Assembly: GCA_964016885.1 (NCBI GenBank)
Contig: OZ024742.1
Coordinates: 315,394,001 to 315,458,000 of the forward strand
Length of the DNA: 64,000 nt
Reading direction: 5' to 3'
Source: Eledone cirrhosa
Lineage: Eukaryota
A program made the position numbers and the translations under genes. The notes below the pieces were generated by a model that did not search any database, had not been told where the DNA came from, and was given only the letters and a program-made list of their open reading frames with translations. Of the stretch, positions 38,857 through 52,683 are shown one piece after another. The first letter of the stretch is position 1; each line of letters begins with the position of its first letter.

Positions 38857-40302
38857 TTATGGAGGAAAAGTATCTGAAAGTGTGTTAAGTTTATATGAGC
38901 TGGAAAGCAGGTGTGATTTCATGTGTGGGCAACTGGTGAAAATTTCTGTCTTTGTGTTCAGGCAGGTCTTTGGTGATTTAAGATTTTGCAAGATCCAATA
39001 TTTTTCATTCATGCAGAGCGTGCATTTTCTTGTTCCTCTTGCATATTCTTTAGATTGGTTCAAAATTGACCAATCCAATTTATATTGGATACCTTGGTCT
39101 TTCAAATCCCATATTCTGCTGGCCAGAGCTGTTGTAAATCTTTTTTCTGGATGTCGAAAGGATGCGACATGTGAGTAATAACGCGTTTTGAATTTGTCTT
39201 GCGTCATACCCACATATCGTTCACTGGTGGCTGGATGGTTGTTGCTGATGGTTGTTACTTTAGCCGCATATACAATGGCTTTGGTGTTGCATTTACCTTG
39301 TAATGGGCATTCACTTTTGATTCTACAGGAGCAATTTTGATGTTCTCTATGTGATTTTTTGTTGATGATATAGGATTTAATAGGGGGACCGCAGGAGTAG
39401 CTAATTTTGACACAGTTTCTATTAAAGATCTTATAGTATCTATGTGTTCTAGGGAAATGTTTATCTAGGAACTCTAGGAATTTTTTGCCTACATTAGTTT
39501 TAACTGCTAGAGAGTAGGGGGGTGTGAACCAGATTATTTTTCTTTTCCTGTTTTTATGTTTAATAGAGTTAGTATAGTTGGGTATGTATTTAATCGGTTC
39601 GCTAAAACCGCTATTTTGGAGGGCTTTATTATAGTAGGGGAATGCCTTATTAAAAATAGCTTCTGAGGAAGAGAGGGTGGAGATCCTACGGCTAATATTA
39701 GGGATAAGGTTTTTAAAAACTATAGGAGGATGGCAAGAGCCTTTATTTATATATTTTAAGTTTTCATTAGGTTTATGGTATGGTTTATAAGAAGCAGTAG
39801 GCAAATCTAGGTTTATATCTAGGAAATCTACATTGGCAAGGTTAGTGTCAATAGTAATTTTAAGATTAAAACTAGCGAAGGTTTTTATTAAGTCTTTCCT
39901 TAATCTATCTAAGTTATGGCCTATGGTGGTATGGGAAAGTATTAGACCATCGTTGCGATAAAGCCCAAAAATATGGTTAGGAAATTTTTCTTTAAGTGTG
40001 TGTAGGAGGAATAGGCCGACCAAATCACAAACATCAGCACTGTCATAAGAGCCCATTGAGACATCGAATGGGCTCTCTGGGTTAGATATTTTTACCCAAG
40101 TGTCATTATCAGTAAAGAGTAGAGTGTTTCTAGCATGCAAGATGATATTCTCTTCAATATCGGAGATATTAGTAAACCTTCTAGCGAAATTTAAAGCTTT
40201 CGCTAAAAGGGTCTGAGTTATAGATGGGTAGAAATCTACAATGTCAAATTGGGTGAATCTAGAACTATTTTTGTTTTTAATATTATTAAACCAATGTACT
40301 AC
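38857..40302 (-). pseudogene. PLE reverse transcriptase (motifs A-E) + CxC linker + GIY-YIG endonuclease; 5'-truncated, with YRDD changed to YRND
   Basis: FDIVDFYPSI, FDVSMGSYDSADVCDLVG, GLYRNDGL, VDFLDINL, RKRKIIWFTPPYS, CSCR..CPLQGKC, IVY..YVGMT..FKTRY, CTLC..E, CPH. The first ~19 aa of the tracked ORF come from the inverted repeat. Confidence 0.92.
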
Positions 40303-40919
40303 GGGGCGAGGCGTATATGCGTATATATGTGCATCCTGTGTGTGTATGTGTGCTTGCATACGCTTTTGTCTGCACGTTTTTGCGTGTATATATATATATT
40401 TCTTATAGATATACGTTTCTTGTAGATATATGTCTGTGTGTACGCGTGTACCTTGTTTGTCTTCTTTTCTTTAATGTTTTCTTTCTAAATTATTGTTCCA
40501 TTTTTATAAATATATCGAGAATGATACTTTCTTTTAATTATTACACTCCCTTACCTCTTTTACTTCCGCATATAAGTGTACGTGCGTGTGGGTGTGTTTA
40601 TACGCGTGCCTTATAATGTATCTAATACCCTGATTTTCTGTGTACCTGCTAAACAGACAACCACATCATGTCTGTCTGTAGTTACAGATACACAGATACA
40701 CTTGCCCTAACACATATATTTACGCGCACTTTTTCACTATACGTACACATTTGTAGATACACACATATGTACATCTGTGAGCGTATATACATACACCTAA
40801 CTATATTTCTTGAAAGATTTTTATATATTTCATATGGCTATTGTAATTCCTTTGTCTATATTTATATAATTTTTTTGCTTTTCTTGATGAGACTTTCCAA
40901 GTATTTAGCCATGTTTTAT

Positions 40920-40997
40920 ATTGCCTCGTCTGACGAACGAATGAAGACGTTTCTTTCGTATTCACCTCATTCAGGAAACCTCTGGTAATGAGGTAAT
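40920..40997 (+). ncRNA. Type-I hammerhead ribozyme (inverted pLTR copy)
   Basis: Same as 37441-37518 with one extra stem II mismatch. Confidence 0.7.
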
Positions 40998-41019
40998 TAT
41001 ATTGTATTGATTTTTATAC

Positions 41020-41068
<49 letters not shown>

Positions 41069-41879
41069 TGGGGGCGTTTCTGCATGTTTATATGCAGGAA
41101 TGACTGAGTGATTAAGTGGTTTGCTTCACGATCATGCAGTCTTATGTTCGATCCCACTACACGGCATCTTGGGCAAGTGGCTTTACCATAATTAGTCACG
41201 CTGTTTCAGCTTTGGAATTACGTTAACGATACACATGTCTATACTATACTTAACCACTTATATGTTAATTATGTGTTGAACGTCCAGATGATTAAACAAC
41301 TGAATGTTCAGACACTGACAGAAGATACATCATTACGGATATTGTTCTGTCATTGAGATAGTTTTGTGTATTCTCTTGTTCTCTAGTGACTGCAGATATC
41401 CATTGACATTTTAAATGTTAGGTTGTTTATAAATGCTAGAGTTACGTCGGTTTCGACAATGAGTTTTCCAGTTGTTCGATGAATGGAACAGCCTGCTCAT
41501 AAAATTAACATGCAAGTGGCTGAGCATTTCAAAGACACGTCTACTCTTAGCGTAATTTTTAGGGAGATTCGGCGTGTCAAAGCTGGCCCTTTGAATTATA
41601 ATTACAGTTCATACGATAACATTCCAAAGTTTTCATCTATCCAATTTTACTTTCAAGGTTTGGATCGATCTGGGTTTATGATACATGACACTTGTCAAAG
41701 ATGCCACAAAATGGGATCGAACTCGGGGGTCTTATATTTGGGAAGAGAACTTCTTAACTTCTCGTCCATGCTTTTGTTATATATTTCCATATTTCATTCA
41801 TAGTTTATCTCTTACGTTGCTTTTTCTTAGTCATCACCATCACCATTTACTTCATGTCTAATTACTTTTCTTGAAGGCT

Positions 41880-42195
41880 TTGGGGTTAGGATATTCGGCT
41901 CACGATTATAAGGTCGTGAGTTCGATTCCCGGCGGCGCGTTGCGTCCTTGTGCAAGACACTTTATTTCACATTGCTCCAGTTCACTCAGCTGACAAAAAT
42001 GAGTTGTATCTGTAATTCGAAGGGCCAGCTTTGTCACATTCTGTGTCACGCTGAATCTCCCTGAGAACTACGTTGGGGGTACGCGTGTCTGTGGAATGCT
42101 CAGCCACGTGCACGTTAATTTCACGAGCTGGCTAGGCTATTCCGTTGATTGAATCAACTGGAACACTCGTCGTCGTAACCGATAGAGTGCCAGTT
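41880..42195 (+). mobile_element. tRNA-derived SINE, family B
   Basis: GGTCGTGAGTTCGATTCCC B-box, GTCCTTGTGCAAGACACTTTATTTCAC body and a (GTTA)n-like tail. Confidence 0.8.
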
Positions 42196-43228
42196 AGTTA
42201 GTTAATTACTTTTCAATATTTATACTCGACTGACTATTAATACCTTTGTTTACACAATTAGCTTCTATTCTCTCAGTCATATATATCTCATTTTTTTTCT
42301 TTAGTTTTGCAACGACAACAATCTTAATTCTTTTGATAGGCTGCCCTGTACTATTCTTTACATTCCAACCAAAACCTTTTATCTACTGTTTTGATGCATT
42401 CTTCACAGCTTTTCAGATTTTTCCCTCCTATCTGCTTTTGTAAGTAAAACCGATCGATTTTACATATTGGTTTGAGTGTATTGTACATATTCAAATGCTT
42501 TCTTGTTTTTCAGCCTAAACTATTTATTTTGATTTCCGTTTCATTACTCCAACTTCATATCTTAGAAACACAATGGACAGGTTGTTGATCAGAATTACTT
42601 TGTTCTATACATGTAATTCATATTCCATCAACAATTTTTTTGGTATTTATCTTCATTTTTTTCCTCAGCTACGCGATGAAATTTTAGAACACCAAGATAT
42701 TTACAGACTCAGATTGAATCTTTTAAGGGAATAATTTTTTTCTATAATTCCTATTATTATCATGATTTAGAGCTGTGCGTTGGCAGAATCAATGGTGTTC
42801 TAGACAAAATACCTAGCGGTATTGAATTATGTCCATTTACGTTTTAAGTACTAATCTCAACAGGGTCAACAATGCTTCTCATCCTCCATGGGTCGATAAA
42901 ATAAATCAGTTAAGCAGTAGTCAATTAACACGACTCCACCCATCTTACTCGGTGCATACGAGAAAAGGGAGAGCAGTGGATTGACAGAATCGTTAGAGAG
43001 TCGAAAGAAATACTTTGTTATTTCTTACATCGCTTTACATCATAAGTTCAAATCCAGTGAAGGTAAACCTATCTTTTTGGAGTAGATGAAATGAAGTACC
43101 AATCAAATACTGGGGCCAATTTAATTGACTTCCCCCAAACCATTTGCCCTGATTGCAGGCCTTGTGCCTAAATTAGAAGCCATTATTATTAGGTCGGGAG
43201 GTCGATGGATTTCTAGAATTGTTTAGGG

Positions 43229-43440
43229 CAGGCATGTCAAATATGCGACCCGCGGGCCACATGCGGCCCTTTACAAGCACACCTGCGGCCCGCACGAAGT
43301 TTTTTACAGCGCGAGCATGTTTTATCTTCGTAATATAAAAAAAAAGATTAGTTGTAATGTGCGCGATTAGTTGTGTGGCCCTCAGGCAACACCTATGTGA
43401 CCCATGTGGCCCTCGTGGGGCCCTCAGTTTGTCATGTCTG
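43229..43440. mobile_element. hAT-type MITE inserted in a SINE
   Basis: TIR CAGGCATGTCAAA/TTTGTCATGTCTG with a perfect 8 bp TSD GTTTAGGG (43221-43228, 43441-43448). Confidence 0.9.
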
Positions 43441-44858
43441 GTTTAGGGTGTAGGGAAAACTGCTTTGATGTATTCGCTCTGTTTATTACGTTACATGTTC
43501 AAATACCGCCAAGGTCAGCTTTGCCTTTTCTTCTTTCTGGAATATTTTGTTTCTTTCTTTCTGACTCTTTTTATTGAGTTGGTCCTTTTGCAAAGAATAC
43601 ATACCATTTGCTTGCGGAATGTAGTTTACATAGCCATTTAACCAGGGCTGGCGCTTCCATTATACCAACTAGGAAGTCGCCTAGCTTGTAAACTTGAATG
43701 AGCTGCATTACTGACTCTAGCAGCTCAGTTTTATACAAATTTGTATAACCAAATAAAACAAATAATAATTGCCGTATAACAGCGCTGTGGAAATATCATA
43801 AGTGGTAGAGAGGGTCATATGATATTATGACCTGTCACATGATTTATTGATGATTGGTGTGACCTGTGAGTATAGAATACAGGCAAACTTGCCAACCTCT
43901 AAAAACCCAAACGGGGAGTACCATGAAAAAAATAAAATCAGGCAAAATGGGGATATTTTACATAATGAAAGCTCTACCCATTTTCACAAGAGAAGACATC
44001 TCTCACCCACCCCAAAGGCTATTACTAATCTCCACGTGAGACGGGGAGAGTTGACAGGTCTGTACAGGCTTAGTACTTTTCTTAGTTTGGTCAGAGCAAG
44101 AAGTGTCAAAAACTACGTTTGTCAGCATGCCAAACTGTAAGTTAAAAATATTTAATTTGAAAGAAATGGACACATAAGAGAAGGGGTTGCCTTTTGTAGG
44201 ACAAAACTGAGGCGTTAAATACCCCGGACTTACATTGAGCTCTGTGGCGAGGTACGAGTAACTTGATTGAATAAAATAACTCTTCCGTAGTATAATTGCT
44301 TAACTTTCAAAATACGGTTGTAAAGCAAGTACAACTCTGAAGATTTATTACCTCTCACGTGTCAATCATTTCTAGATTTCACGCTGGAAATATTAATTAA
44401 ATTAATATCAAAATTCGACGAGAATGTATTTTTTTCCTATAAAAAAGAGCAGGAAAAATTGATTCCCATGTTCGAAGTTTGTTAATAGTTCCTATATTTA
44501 GTGGTTTATGGTAAATAGAAAATCTTATGTTGAGTGCTCTTCTTGTATATACGAAAATTATCATATATATTCATATAAGTGTACTTCGCGCATAAAGTAT
44601 CCTCAGGGACGTGTGGTTAAAATACTGTTTTGTTTTTTGTGTTTTCATAGAGCTTGTGTATAACATGAGTTTAGGCATATCATAGTAGAACATTTCAGTA
44701 TATCTTAGACGTATGTTTTATCAAATAAGTATTGATAATTAAACAGATTGTTTGGCTAAATTATTTCAGCTGCGCTATACAATTTCCTTATCGAAATATT
44801 TTATGTACATATCCATCTAAAAATGTTAAGAAAAATCACTTGAAACGTTCGCCAACGG

Positions 44859-45197
44859 CAGGGCTGGATTTAGACCTTGGGGGGCCCAGGGAACTTCAGG
44901 TTTGGGGGGAGGCAGGGCACTTCAGGTCGGGGGGGGGGCTCATATACAAAAAAAAATACAATATACAGCAAATCCCCCACCTCCCACCCCAATACATATC
45001 AAAGTAGGCTTGGCGCAAGTAATTAGAATAGAAAATTTATATATACAGGTATTAAATTCGAGAACTCTAACTATCCAAAAACTAAAAAGCCCAGCTGAGG
45101 ACACAAATAAATTGCTACGGCCGTCACTAGTGGAGTCACGCACAGCAGGGGGGGGGGGGGCATACATCCCTTTGCCCACCCATTAAATCCGGTCCTG
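44859..45197. mobile_element. hAT-type MITE
   Basis: TIR CAGGGCTGGATTTA/TAAATCCGGTCCTG with an imperfect 8 bp TSD GCCAACGG/GTCAACCG. Confidence 0.75.
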
Positions 45198-46099
45198 GTC
45201 AACCGTACTGTGAAAATGTACAGTAGGATTACCGAGCGAGTTACGATCACCGAAAATGCATGAATACTAACCTCTCCAAACAAATACAAGTATATAGTGC
45301 AACAAATACTAAATTTATTCGTAAGATAAGAGAACTGCAACCCAGAAACTCATACTAAAGTTGGTGGAGTGCATTCTGTGTTAAATATTTATTAAAATAT
45401 ATCTATGAAACACATAAACCTATTTTTGTCAAAATTTAAAATATTATAATTGTTATCAAACACATTTTTCCTTATACATCAACTCTGCTTTGGAGGTCGG
45501 CATGGATCGATGCTGAAATTTCAATATCGATTTTATGTGGGCGTAGATTCATGTCCTTTTCATTTTCATTAAGTTTCTTGGTAGCAGGCGCTGGAGTTTC
45601 AAATTTCCTCTAGCCGGAGGCTCCTAGTTGTTTTTATGCGGCCTTGAGGACGATCCTTTAATTTGTTATCCTTTATTTTGATTATAAAACCTCATATATA
45701 TATACACACACATACGGTAATAACAAATCTTATTGAATTGTTGCATGAAATACTGACTACAGTTCTACTTCTCTGTCTATCAAGTTACATAGCATTATAG
45801 GAATATAGTCTTATTAAATACGGTTATTTTTTTTTCTATTGGATGTTAACTTATGTAATAAGAAATAGCAGCAACATTTCCTTCAAACCACTTAAAAGCA
45901 AAAGAACGCATTGAATAATGTATTTCTCGATGAACTATATTTGAAAACAAGATGGTGTTTGACTATGTCTACTTGACCACTGCTGTCGTGGATCTAAAGA
46001 ACAAGGACAATAGCATCAATTTACTTAATATCAAACCCTACATTGTTGCTTAACCTGCTAGAAATAGCAGTTAAATCTTCATCAAAACTCACTACCTTG

Positions 46100-46620
46100 A
46101 TAATGGTTTTTGATTTAGGCACAAGCCAACAATTTTTGGGGAAATGGAAAGTCGTTACTGGTACTTTATTTTATCAACTCGTCTTTATTAGTTCTTTATT
46201 TTATCGACCCCGTAAGGATTAAAAACAAAGCAAACCCGGTGGGATTTGAACTCAGAAATCCCACCGAGGTTAGCTTTGCCATTCTTCCTTACGGGCTCCA
46301 TAAAATAAAGAACCAGTGAGTACAGGCGTCGTTTAATCGACTTTCCCCTCCCCTTCAAACTGCTGGCCTTGTGCCTATAGAAGAAAACATTATTTCTGAT
46401 AAGATGGTGGATTGGCAGTAGCGGTAGGATGTCGGCAACATGTTTAGCGGCATATAGTTATGTCCCTTTAAATTCTGAGTTTAAATCCCACCGAAGTTAG
46501 CTTTGCCTTTCGTAAGTCTATCATATAAAGTACCAGTAACGAACTGGAGTCGATTTAATCGACTTTCCCCTCCCCTTAAAATAATTGCTGACCTTGTGTC
46601 TAAATCAGAAACCATTATTA
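46100..46620. mobile_element. Cluster of family A SINEs (minus copy 46100-46255; plus copies 46257-46392 and 46404-46620)
   Basis: Family A body and B-box. Confidence 0.75.
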
Positions 46621-47439
46621 ATTAAATAATTAACACAATTATTGATGGATTAATTACCTGATTCAAAATAAAATTGAAGTGAATACCTATGATGCATGTG
46701 TTTTGATTAACATCATGGCTCTCCCAAAATACAATAGCAATTTATTTAAAACAGTGGAAACATTTCTATAAAGATATGAGGTAAAACATTTAAATTCCTG
46801 TTTAAATTTTTTTTTTCTTCCTGGCCAAATGTGTGTATTTTTTTCCTTATTCACCAACCAGAGAGAACGTATATAGGATCAAACTGAAATATAACGTCTG
46901 ATTTGTCGGTTATTTTTAGAGAGAGACAGCGAGAGAAAGAGTGTGTGTGTGTTATTTCAAGGCTAAATTAGCTCTACTACAATATAATTGCTTTACTTTC
47001 AACATACGGTGGTTGCAAATCAAGTCGTTTGCTTAACAAGTACATTCCGTAATATAACCTCTCACGTGTTAAATCAATACTTCAAGCAGGAAATATTAAA
47101 TAAATTAATATCAAAATTGGACGAGAATGTATATTCTTTTATAAAGGAGAGAATGAAAATCGATTTCTTTCGTAATAGTTCCTATTTTATCAAAACGAAC
47201 TAGTTAGTGGTTCAAGGTAAATAAAAATGTAGTATGCTGAGTGCTCTCCCTTTATAAAAAAATAATAATAATTGTTTCTACTTTTGGCACAAGGCCAGAA
47301 ATTATCTCAGTGCATTACTGGTACTTTATTTTGTCAGCCCCGAAAGGATGAAAGCGAAAGTTAACTTCAGCGGGATTTGAACTCAGAGCATAAAGGGACG
47401 TAACTATGCTGAAAAGCATGGTGTCCGACCCTCTAATGA

Positions 47440-48000
47440 AATTATTGTGTACATTGCTCAGGTGCACTACAACTCATCAAAGGTGCATGTATAGTACATA
47501 GAATAATGTATAAATGTCAGGAAAGTGAACAGTGTATCAGACATGATATAGATGTGTGCGTGTATATGGAGGGGGAATATCAGGTATAGTGTTGGCGAAT
47601 TTCAAGAAGCATAGAAGTTTTAAAGGATGTAGTGTCTCAGCAGCTAACAACTGATGCAGGTAGTTTTGTTCTTTGCTTCAACTCTGAGCGTGAAAAGGTG
47701 TGTCCGAGAGTCATGGGAGCTGTGTTATTTTCTGACTTTGTAGGCATATCCACGTGTGTTAGACACATGGAATTCAAAAAAGTGCTTAGAGTTGTTGTCG
47801 GCAAGATGGTTAAAAATGTTGTGAGTGTTTACCAAGTGAGTTGCCAGATGAAAGTTATTTACTGGATCTGTTTATGTACGTTTCAGGTCTTAAGGATGCA
47901 CACGTTAGGACATTTTCGCAGGTATGGTCGATCTGATATCCTTCAGTACCAGTGTGTCTAGGCTGGCCCTTCCTCTACCTTCTCATCTTCTGTATCCTTG
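47440..48000 (-). mobile_element. L2/CR1-type LINE 3' remnant
   Basis: Decayed post-RT coding-like sequence. The tail CACCTTTGATGAGTTGTAGTGCACCTGAGCA recurs at 55880-55965. Confidence 0.6.
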
Positions 48001-49242
48001 AAAATTGAGTGGCTAGCAGGCACAAACGTAGATCGCCATGCAAAACTGCTTTTTTAGAGTTCGTGTATAATACTGGTCTAGCTTTTGAGCAATACTGGTG
48101 GGCCTATCATTTCAGTACTGAGAGCAAATAGATGTTGGTAATTAACCAGGTTGTCTCAACTAATTATTTAAAATGCTCTATGTACTTTCCCTAGTTGCAT
48201 TTTTTTACATAGTCACCTAAAACTATGAAAAAAATCAATTAAGTGGTTAGCCAACGTTACCGTTACAATGTACGATAGAATTATCGAGCGGGTTACGGCC
48301 ACCAAAATTGCATAAATAACCACCACTCTGAATGAATGAGTGTGTAGAGTGCAGCAATTTCGGGGTTTAGTTATGAGCTAAGTAGCCTGCAGACTTGGAC
48401 CCATTGTCTACGGGGCCTCGTCAAGCTTTAAATACATATATTAAAATATAACGATGAAATATATTTTTGTCAAAATTTATAATATTTTAATTGTTATTAA
48501 ATGCATTTCGTTTTCTTTGGGTCTCACGTGTTTTAGAAGTGTGGATCAATACTCGAATTTCAGCATCGATTTTGTGTAGACCTACATTCATATCATTTTA
48601 ATCTTTATAAAGTTTCTTGTGGACAGATACTAGGAGGCCCCAAATGTTTTCTAGCCCAAAACCAACCACTAGAGCTTTATTGCGGCATTGAGTGTGACCC
48701 TTTGACTTAACATGTCACAGGCTCGTATATTAACGTAATTCTCAGGGAGATTCAACACGACACAATATGTGAAAAGGTATGCTTTTTTTAATTACCGGTA
48801 CAGTATACCCGACGGGATTCCAAACACTTTTCGCCTACCCGATTTAACTAACAGTTATGAGTTGACACAAAGCTATGATAAAATACGCCTGTCTGCTACA
48901 GGATGTAATAGAAAACTCAGCTATCACTAGTATAAAAGAAGATATGTTATGACGAATTAAAATGTGTAGGTCAATACAAGAATAATCGAAGACGTTATTC
49001 ACCTTCCTGCTCAGATGAGCTTGTGACATGTCAATCATTGAGGTAGACATCGATGAAGGTTAACACTTAGATAGCGTCAGAGTCAGATTTAGACCGTGGT
49101 GGGTCCGGGGCACTTCAGTTTTAGGGGCCCTTCATACAGAAAAAAATCAGTATACATAGCAATTAGCCAACGGGGTAAAATGAGGTAAACAATCCTAGTG
49201 TTTAATGGTACAAGACTGCGTGTGAACGTCATACAATAGCTG

Positions 49243-49344
<102 letters not shown>

Positions 49345-49696
49345 TTAGTTAAGCAAAACAAGACCACAAATTTCACAAGGAAGACATTATTGAAAGATTG
49401 TCAACATATTTTAGTTTGATGTAAGGAATGTAGAGAATAATAATAATAATAATATTAATAATAATAATGTCCGTTTACAATTGTTTCGCTACACCATATA
49501 ATATTTCTGGATCAGATGACTATATATCATAATTGATCTGGTTCATATTGCATATTGCATATTGCATATTGCATATTGCATATTGCACATTGAGCACATG
49601 CCTTTACGCTTTGGCTTCTAACTAATTCACCGATCTCTCCTCTCATGTCTTCTCTCCTATCTCCATCTCTCTCTTTAAGATTGGTTACTCTTGAAC

Positions 49697-49751
<55 letters not shown>

Positions 49752-49762
<11 letters not shown>

Positions 49763-49959
49763 TATGACTCCGACGGCAGAGCTCAAGCCGTTTCGACGGC
49801 TATTTCTGGACTGCTGGACTTTAGTCCAGAAATAGCCGTCGAGACGGCTTGAGCTCTGCCGTCAGGGTCATACTCTCTCGTATTACCCACTCTACTACCC
49901 TAAGTATTGAGTACTCTGGTGCGTTATGGTCCATCTGGTTCCTTACCACAACTCCTCCG

Positions 49960-49961
<2 letters not shown>
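49752..49961 (+). mobile_element. Short fold-back element in (TA)n, sibling of 9476-9680
   Basis: A palindrome at 49755-49879 plus the same unique tail. Confidence 0.8.
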
Positions 49962-50038
<77 letters not shown>

Positions 50039-50217
50039 CAAAGAGATATTTAATATGTTGGTTATTCAACAAGTTTATTTATAACAGATTCGAAGCACTC
50101 TACAGATTTTCTGGAGTATAATATCAATGATATTAATAAATGGAAACTATCCAAACTGAACCTGAACCGATAAGGTCTGGTTTTTTGGTTATGTCACCAT
50201 TTATAAAACACATTTTG

Positions 50218-50275
50218 TATTTTATCTGATGAGAGCGTACCAAAATTTTGGTACCCTTGAATAATATATAAAATA
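50218..50275 (+). ncRNA. Hammerhead motif, degenerate at GAAA/stem III (family of the 1210-3666 element), inside an inverted-end element at 50121-50322
   Basis: tattttat-CTGATGA-gagcgtaccaaa-a-ttttggtaccctt-GAAtaatat-ataaaata. Confidence 0.55.
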
Positions 50276-50316
50276 AATATGCTTTTATAAATATAGTTTT
50301 CATTTATTAATATCAT

Positions 50317-50400
<84 letters not shown>

Positions 50401-50615
50401 AGGTCGTCTGCTCTCTACAAAGCTTGACCATTTCTTGCACGTTATGTATGTTCTTTCCTGGTATGAGATAGCAAATGTCTTATAAGTCCTGAAAGCCTGT
50501 GAAAGACCCGTCCCCAAATAATACAATGATGTTTCATTTCGTTCTTGTTTCCACTTTGGGTTTGCTTATTGTTTATGTTCAGATGTCGCTTCAATCCACC
50601 ACCTGTTTTGCAAAT

Positions 50616-50683
<68 letters not shown>

Positions 50684-50886
50684 TCTCTCTCTCTCGCTCT
50701 CTCTCTCTCTCTCACACACACATCCGTATGTTATTGATGGACGCTAGAATATGTACTCAATACTGATGTAAAGTTTAAATATGTTTTTATTATGACTAAG
50801 TGGCGAAATGCCAGAGTAACAAGACTCACCACTTAGCTATAATAAAGAATGTGTGTGTGTAACCTTGTTACATTGTTACACGCTAA

Positions 50887-51081
50887 GGGCAGTGGATTGG
50901 CAGTATCGGTAGGGGGTCGGACGCCATGCTTTCCAGCATAGAGTTACGTCTCTTTACGGTCTGAGTTCAAATCCCGTCGAGGTTAACTTTGCCATTCATC
51001 CTTACGGGGTTGATAAAATAAAGTACCAGTAATGCATTGGGATAACTGCTGGCTTTGTGCCAAAAGTAGAAACAATTATTA
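50887..51081 (+). mobile_element. SINE family A, full length
   Basis: A and B boxes and tail are present. Confidence 0.85.
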
Positions 51082-51990
51082 CACACTATGTCCCGCTGAA
51101 AGTTGCGTCAAGGGTACAGATGTCTGTGAAATATACAGAACTGACAGTTCTGTTGATCAACCATCTGGGACATTCTTCAACGAAACCAATGGTACATTCC
51201 ATTGATTTAAACTAGTTTTCCCTGTCCAGTACTATGTAGTGCCACCAATTGTGGGTGATGGAAAGCCGATTCTGAGACATGAAGTTCGCGGTATGTTATC
51301 CACAAGTAGTAACATCCACTTTAACATGATATAATCTTTACAGGACCGTGACTGAATTTGATTAGCGCTAAACCACTTTAAAGTTGATTAAAGTTTATTT
51401 ACTCACTTTACTTCCCATTGCTCCAGTACACTCAGCTGAGAGTGAGTACCAGCAGTAGCTGGGAAATTAATCCTACGGTAGACCGGTGTCCTACCCAGAG
51501 AGAGTCTTGTACTTTCAGTCGCTTAACGCCAAGAAAACCAGGAATAAGTAGCGGCTTGATGACCCTTTGCTTAGAACAAAAAAATATTTGATCGAGCAGA
51601 TTTGTGATCAAATGTGTTGTATCTTATTCTGTGATTAAATGTGTTGTATCTTATTCTGGGATTAAATGTGTCATAGCTTATTCTGTGATCAAATGTGTTA
51701 TATATTCTTCTGTGATCAAATGTGTTAAATATAGCTTATTATGTGATCAAACGCATTCAATCATATTTTCAAGCATATTTTATCTACAATCCTATTATCT
51801 AATGCGTTTCTTTTTATCTTTTTAAATATGTCAGGAAGTGACTTGAGGCAGATTTGTTTGCTATTTCAAACAGGTCGAACATCTATGCAAATGCTCCCTC
51901 GTTGGTTCGTCTTTAGATAGAATAAATTATTCATAAATTGAATTTACTTGTGTAGATTTAACTCCCTTGGATAAATTAGGATTAAACGAT

Positions 51991-52107
<117 letters not shown>

Positions 52108-52493
52108 TGATATTTCTGTTCAATATTAAGTATTAATAGATAGATTCTGCTCTTTTTGAAAACGTCATTAACAACATTTCATACTTTATAAATTATTCAT
52201 AAGATTTACTGTAGCAGAAACTTCTCGTGGACGATCTCTGGTTAGCTTGTCTTCTTTAAAGTTAGAATACACTTTTCAACAATTAGGTTTACCAGCTTAG
52301 AGTTAACTCCCTTAGAGAATTTATGTTAAAACAGTTTTATGTTAAGATTCTGTTGTTTTTACAAGCATTATTAATACATTTAATACTAGATAAATTATTC
52401 ATAACATTTGCTTTTGCAGAAATTAATATCTTATAATGCTGGAAAATAATCAGTCCAGCATTAGAAAATATTTTCTGAACAGTACCGATAAAA

Positions 52494-52683
52494 ATAATTG
52501 TTTCTACTTTAGGCACAAGGCCAGCAATTACCCAGTGCATTACTGGTACTTTATTTTGTCGACCCCGTAAGGATGAAAGGCAAAGTCAACCTCGGCGGGA
52601 TTTGAACTCAGATCGTAAAAGGACGTAACTATGCTGGAAAGCATGGCGTCCGACCCTCTACCGATACTGCCAATCCACCGCCA
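52494..52683 (-). mobile_element. SINE family A, full length
   Basis: Flanked by the apparent TSD AGTACCGATAAAAA. Confidence 0.88.
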
